Below are positions 57,004 to 61,592 of a stretch of 61,592 nt of DNA, one piece after another. The translations under genes and the position numbers were made by a program. The notes beneath the pieces were generated by a model, which was given only the letters and a program-made list of their open reading frames with translations, had not been told where the DNA came from and made no database searches. The DNA comes from a virus (Duplodnaviria; Caudoviricetes): positions 1-61,592 of the IMG/VR virus record IMGVR_UViG_3300032561_000023; one strand, 5' to 3'. Position 1 is the stretch's first letter; each line of letters starts with the position of its first letter.

Positions 57004-58463
57004 AATTAGTAATTCGAGACGAAGTTAACATTAAATTCGAAGGCTTGCAATTAGAAGCTCGCAAAAAATTGGCTAATACTTTTAAGTATGAAGATCCAAC
57101 TGCACGTTATCGTCCAGCTTATAAATTAGGTCGTTGGGACGGTAAAGTGTCAATGTTTGGGCTTGGCGGCAATGGTTATTTGAGTCAGCTAGAAAAGTGT
57201 CTTGGCATACTTGCAGACATGGATATTGACATTGATGAATTAGAAGATTTGCGTACAACTAGCAAAATTGAATTCACTCCTGTGACTGCAAATTACTGGG
57301 CAGACCAAGGAAAAGTATGGCCTGAAGGACATAGATTTGCTGGACAACCTATTGTGTTACGTGATGATCAAACGGAAGTAGTCAATAGATTTTTCACTAA
57401 CACTCAAGCATTGCAGGAAGTTGCAACCGGGGCTGGTAAGACTATTATGACAGCGACACTAGCGCATTGTGCTGAAAAATATGGTCGCACAATTACTATT
57501 GTTCCTAACAAAGACTTAGTTACCCAGACAGAAGAAGATTTTATTAACGTTGAATTAGATGTTGGCGTTTATTATGGTGATCGTAAAGATTTAGGTAAGA
57601 CACATACTATATGTACTTGGCAATCGCTTAACATATTAGATAAAAAATCCAAGAACTGGGATGCAGAATTAGCTTACACCCTGGCAGAATTCCTTGACGG
57701 AGTTAAGACTGTTATTGTTGATGAAGTACACATGGCTAAGGCAGAAGTTCTTAAGAATTTACTCACACAAAACTTGTGTAACGCACCTATTCGTTGGGGA
57801 TTAACTGGTACAGTCCCTAAAGATGCGTTTGAAGCTGAACCTATTTTTGCATCAATAGGTCCTGTAGTCGGTGGAATTAAGGCACATGAATTACAAGAGA
57901 TGGGTGTGCTTAGTAACTTACATGTAAACATCTTACAACTAATAGATTTACCAGAATTTAAAACATATCAAGAAGAATTAAAGTATCTTGTCACTAACAA
58001 AGACAGGATGACATATTTTAGTAAACTAGTTCAAGGCTTAGCAGAAACAGGCAATACACTAATTCTAGTCAATAGGATCGATACAGGCAAATTATTAACA
58101 GAAATGATAGAAGGCGCTGTTTTTATTTCAGGCGAAGTAAAAGGCACGAAACGCAAAGAGGAATACAAAGAACATGCAACAAATGATAACAAGATTACTG
58201 TGGCGACTTTTGGTGTGGCCGCTGTGGGTATTAATATCCCCCGTATTTTTAATCTGGTTCTTCTTGAGCCCGGAAAGAGCTTTGTTAGGGTTATACAAAG
58301 CATTGGGCGAGGCATTAGAAAAGCGGAAGACAAAGACTTTGTACAAATCTGGGACGTTACGTCGACCTGTAAATTTGCCAAGCGTCACCTCACGACGAGG
58401 AAGAAATTTTACAAGGATGCCAAATATCCGTTCACGATTGAAAAGATAGATTGGCAAAAATAA
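56994..58463 (+). CDS. uvsW: SF2 DNA helicase UvsW-like
   Basis: Motifs LRDDQ, ATGAGKT, VIVDEVH, GLTGT, AVGINIP and QSIGRGIR. Confidence 0.9.
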   Translation: MAVKLVIRDEVNIKFEGLQLEARKKLANTFKYEDPTARYRPAYKLGRWDGKVSMFGLGGNGYLSQLEKCLGILADMDIDIDELEDLRTTSKIEFTPVTANYWADQGKVWPEGHRFAGQPIVLRDDQTEVVNRFFTNTQALQEVATGAGKTIMTATLAHCAEKYGRTITIVPNKDLVTQTEEDFINVELDVGVYYGDRKDLGKTHTICTWQSLNILDKKSKNWDAELAYTLAEFLDGVKTVIVDEVHMAKAEVLKNLLTQNLCNAPIRWGLTGTVPKDAFEAEPIFASIGPVVGGIKAHELQEMGVLSNLHVNILQLIDLPEFKTYQEELKYLVTNKDRMTYFSKLVQGLAETGNTLILVNRIDTGKLLTEMIEGAVFISGEVKGTKRKEEYKEHATNDNKITVATFGVAAVGINIPRIFNLVLLEPGKSFVRVIQSIGRGIRKAEDKDFVQIWDVTSTCKFAKRHLTTRKKFYKDAKYPFTIEKIDWQK

Positions 58464-58469
58464 GGAATT

Positions 58470-58976
58470 ATGCAGATATTAACATTAGACAACGAGATGT
58501 TCTCATTGAACAACTTACCAGAGGAAGTAGACGAAAATACAAGATTCGCAGTATTAGATAACAGTTCGCCAGACGATCCGGATTTCTTATTCATGCCTTT
58601 AATATTCCTGGAAAGTTTTAACGCTCCAGCTATGGTCTTAAGAATCGGCAATGATGAAATTGCAATGCCAATAGATTGGTCAATTGCTGTGGGTGATAGT
58701 CAAAGCGGATGTGACATTGAAATTTTACCGTTAACTAGTTTAAATGACAGAGGTTTTGAAGCATTGTGTTTCAATCCACTAAGCTCGTTTAGGGTAGAGT
58801 TTAAAAAGATTGAAATTGTAAATTTTTACAATGATGTTAAATGGTATTTTCCTAAAATGAAAAATAGTCAATTATTAGCGACTCCATTACAACAAGGAAA
58901 TAAACCAGACTGTGTATATTTTGTCAAAGAAATCAGTAGACAAAATGAAATTATTCAATTGGATAAAATATTATGA
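58470..58976 (+). CDS. Hypothetical protein
   Basis: 168 aa with AAGGA SD, acidic and beta-rich. Confidence 0.6.
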   Translation: MQILTLDNEMFSLNNLPEEVDENTRFAVLDNSSPDDPDFLFMPLIFLESFNAPAMVLRIGNDEIAMPIDWSIAVGDSQSGCDIEILPLTSLNDRGFEALCFNPLSSFRVEFKKIEIVNFYNDVKWYFPKMKNSQLLATPLQQGNKPDCVYFVKEISRQNEIIQLDKIL

Positions 58977-59608
58977 CATTACAAGTAGCATATTTTCAAC
59001 CCGTAATTATGGCAATGGATACAGTACCGCCAGTAGAATTTAGCAAAATCTATGCCCTTGCTGAAGAGCTACATCGCCATCCGGAATTGAATGATAGTGG
59101 TAATCCTATGCTTAGTATTCGAGGCGGTCAGCAGATACATGTATACCCTAATGATTTAAATTTAGATGTTACATGGCTTAAAAATTGGTTAGAAAGTATC
59201 TGTCAAGGTTACATGGAACTAGTGACACAACAATCAGGCCATCAAGAGTTAAAGATGTGTAAACCAGTTATCGGAAGTATCTGGACCATTAGACAAGAGT
59301 CAGGCGATTATCAAGAAATTCATACACATCCAAATGCTCATCTAAGCGGGAATATCTATATCAGTGCTCCGGAATTAGACGACGAAACTAAAAATCCAAC
59401 GGACAGTCAAGTTGTTTTCCAACTGCCTCAGAACAGAGATTTAACAAAATTTATCATGCAGGATACATGGAAATATACTCCTACTCCTGGAACTGTAATT
59501 TTATTTCCAAGTTATATTCCACATACAGTTTATCCTTGGAAGGGTGTTGGATCACGGTTAGTTATGGCATTTGATGCAAAATTATTCCCTAAAGACGAAC
59601 AAGTATGA
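58973..59608 (+). CDS. 2OG-Fe(II) oxygenase-like protein
   Basis: W......GDYQEIHTH....LSG.IYI, P.PGTVILFPSYIPHTVYP and R...AF. Confidence 0.8.
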   Translation: MTLQVAYFQPVIMAMDTVPPVEFSKIYALAEELHRHPELNDSGNPMLSIRGGQQIHVYPNDLNLDVTWLKNWLESICQGYMELVTQQSGHQELKMCKPVIGSIWTIRQESGDYQEIHTHPNAHLSGNIYISAPELDDETKNPTDSQVVFQLPQNRDLTKFIMQDTWKYTPTPGTVILFPSYIPHTVYPWKGVGSRLVMAFDAKLFPKDEQV

Positions 59609-60171
59609 AATTAATTCCGCTCGGTATTCAAATTTATCAAAGCAAGATTTCTCAAGAATTTTACGATTTCTTGCTGAATGAATATGAAAATAATTTAGAG
59701 TCTTACGAACAATTACATCAGAATGAAAACTTCTGGGATGGTGCAGATTTTTCATTTTTAAAGGAAGAACACAAGGATTATATTGAAAAAAACATCCAGG
59801 TACATGTAACAGAATACATTGGAAATAACATTTTAAAGTTGAAAAAACAATGGATTAATGTACAAGCACATGATGGATTTTTGCCTTTACATAATCATTT
59901 TGGAACTTTATCTTATGTAATCTATTTAAAAACTCCTAAGTATCGAGCTAACTATTTGAACAAAAGACGTCAACAAATTGACTATACGGAAGGTTCCATA
60001 CAATTTACATACGGGCATACAAATAGTTTATTTCCAGCACATGCACTTGTGCAACCAGAAGAAAAAATGATTTTAATTTTTCCTGCTGAGATAATGCATT
60101 ACGTCTATCCATTCAGGGATCGCGAAAGTAAGCGGGTGTCAGTTAGCGGAAATTTGCATAAGGATACATGA
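59605..60171 (+). CDS. 2OG-Fe(II) oxygenase-like protein
   Basis: WINVQ....FLPLHNH.G.LSYVIYL, ILIFPA...HYVYPF and RVSVSGN. Confidence 0.8.
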   Translation: MKLIPLGIQIYQSKISQEFYDFLLNEYENNLESYEQLHQNENFWDGADFSFLKEEHKDYIEKNIQVHVTEYIGNNILKLKKQWINVQAHDGFLPLHNHFGTLSYVIYLKTPKYRANYLNKRRQQIDYTEGSIQFTYGHTNSLFPAHALVQPEEKMILIFPAEIMHYVYPFRDRESKRVSVSGNLHKDT

Positions 60172-60172
60172 A

Positions 60173-60457
60173 ATGGGCAGTCTTAAACCAGGTGCAACTT
60201 ATATTTACGAACGTGACGGCAACACTACCTATGCTAGAGAATTTGGAGCAGACCCAAGTACTCGGAAAGCTGTTGGTTGGGATTATGATCCTGAAGAATC
60301 GAAACGATTTGATGTGCGGACTGGCGGTCAAAAAGAATTAGATGACCACAATGAATGGATTAGAATACGATTAGCAGGAAAGGACAATCCCGCCTTGCAA
60401 AAAGCCATAGATCGTGTTAAAATGTTATACAAACTAAGCCAAGAAAAATATGAGTGA
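60173..60457 (+). CDS. Hypothetical protein
   Basis: 94 aa with AAGGA SD; YIYER.G.TTYAREFG. Confidence 0.6.
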   Translation: MGSLKPGATYIYERDGNTTYAREFGADPSTRKAVGWDYDPEESKRFDVRTGGQKELDDHNEWIRIRLAGKDNPALQKAIDRVKMLYKLSQEKYE

Positions 60458-60926
60458 TAAAATCGAACTTAAAGAAAAAATAGCATTTGTTGACCTAAAT
60501 GCAAAGTCTGTTTGGGATGAAATGACTCCTGAACAACAAAAAAGTCTTAAGAGCGAGTTATACATTCTTAACCGTTATATCAGTAGTGTAAAAAGTAATA
60601 AACGTGAAATCCAAGAACACTTTATATTAACCGTTAATGAGTATTTTAACAAGAACTGGAATGTTTTACAAAAACATCCTAAGCTACTTTGGCAGTTATT
60701 GTGTATGTGTAGTTATGATGGTACTACACAATTCTATCATGAATGGATTGGTTTTAAAAAGAAAGCGGGTGGCAGTAAAAAGGCAAAATTCCTAGAAGAA
60801 TTAATGCCTAATGCTAAACGTGATGAAATAGAAATGTTGGCAGTTATGTCAACAGATAAAGAAATTAAAGACCTTGCACGTCAACACGGCATGGATGAAG
60901 CAACGATTGCTAAAAAATTAAAATGA
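60450..60926 (+). CDS. Putative clamp-loader small subunit (gp62-like)
   Basis: YILNRYIS...VNEY.N......HPKLLWQLL...W pattern in a replication-gene context. Confidence 0.45.
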   Translation: MSDKIELKEKIAFVDLNAKSVWDEMTPEQQKSLKSELYILNRYISSVKSNKREIQEHFILTVNEYFNKNWNVLQKHPKLLWQLLCMCSYDGTTQFYHEWIGFKKKAGGSKKAKFLEELMPNAKRDEIEMLAVMSTDKEIKDLARQHGMDEATIAKKLK

Positions 60927-61592
60927 TGGCTTTAGCTAACCAACCATTCGTATGTCAATATTGTAACAAAGGGTTTATGCAGGAAAAAACCCTGTTTGTG
61001 CATGTTTGCGAACAAAAACGCAGAGCACTTGCACGTACAGAAAGACATGTAGTATTAGGCTACGATACCTTTAATAGGTTTTATCAAACAACTCAAAACA
61101 ATAAAGGTAGTAAGACTTATGATGAGTTTGCAAAAAGTCCTTACTATAATGCTTTTGTTAAATTTGGTAGTTTTGTCAGTAATGTTAACCCCTTATACCC
61201 AGAGAGATTCATCGATTATGTTGTCACTAGTGGAGTGAAGTTAGACCATTGGTGTAGAGAAGAATTATATGAACAGTATGTATTCGATTTGATTAAACGA
61301 GAATCTGTCGAGACAGCTCTCGAGCGTAGCATCATACACATGCAAGAGTGGGGAGAAGCAAATAATGCGGCTTGGAACCATTATTTCAATTATGTTAGTC
61401 TAAGTCGTGCATGTTATGATATTAAAGATGGAAAAATTAGTCCGTGGTTAGTTTTAAATAGTACAAGCGGAAAAACTATGCTACAAAAGTTTAGCGATGA
61501 ACAGTTGGCACATATACAAAATATCATTGATCCGCCATTCTGGGTAAGTAAATTTAAAAAATTACCAGCAGATGTTGAACTAGTTAAACAAG
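60923..61592 (+). CDS. Zinc-finger-containing hypothetical protein, 3'-truncated (absent from ORF track)
   Basis: ATGA overlap with the previous stop. Translates MMALANQPFVCQYCNKGFMQEKTLFVHVCEQKRR... and stays open to the window end. Confidence 0.75.
   Translation, partial: MMALANQPFVCQYCNKGFMQEKTLFVHVCEQKRRALARTERHVVLGYDTFNRFYQTTQNNKGSKTYDEFAKSPYYNAFVKFGSFVSNVNPLYPERFIDYVVTSGVKLDHWCREELYEQYVFDLIKRESVETALERSIIHMQEWGEANNAAWNHYFNYVSLSRACYDIKDGKISPWLVLNSTSGKTMLQKFSDEQLAHIQNIIDPPFWVSKFKKLPADVELVKQ

Noticed and set aside
1-61592. Alternative genetic code, introns or inteins
   Set aside because: Core genes (terL, uvsX, uvsW, sheath) are uninterrupted in code 11, and TGA is used as a normal stop. 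No splicing motifs were recognised.

Overview
This is a 61.6 kb, AT-rich, gene-dense piece of a large T4-like (myovirus-type, probably jumbo) dsDNA phage genome. I saw no tRNA, rRNA, CRISPR array or IS element. Positions 1-30 kb encode Thr/Ser/Gly-rich virion fibre or baseplate-like proteins. These include two paralogous giants (2777 and 3987 aa) and end with a tail fibre carrying a C-terminal S74-type intramolecular chaperone. The most unusual locus follows immediately (30.0-34.1 kb): a 129-aa protein with a Cys-free N-terminus and an (Asn-Cys)n C-terminus (19 Cys), a radical SAM/SPASM enzyme, an unknown 306-aa protein and a divergent flavin-dependent halogenase-like protein. It looks like a RiPP-type maturation system that may act on a tail-fibre tip protein. 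Positions 34-53 kb hold Nudix, gp15/gp14/gp13-like neck genes, dNMP kinase, sheath, tube, gp4-like nuclease, terminases and probable internal head proteins. Positions 53-61.6 kb hold gp32, UvsX, UvsY, UvsW, two 2OG-Fe(II) oxygenases, a gp62-like protein and a truncated zinc-finger protein. Visible regulation includes a recurring TAAATA late-promoter box (often 4-5 nt before an SD-less ATG), sigma70-like promoters fused with hairpins at late-to-early junctions, and a structured leader at 4384-4489. All product calls come from motif recognition by eye; no database searches were run.
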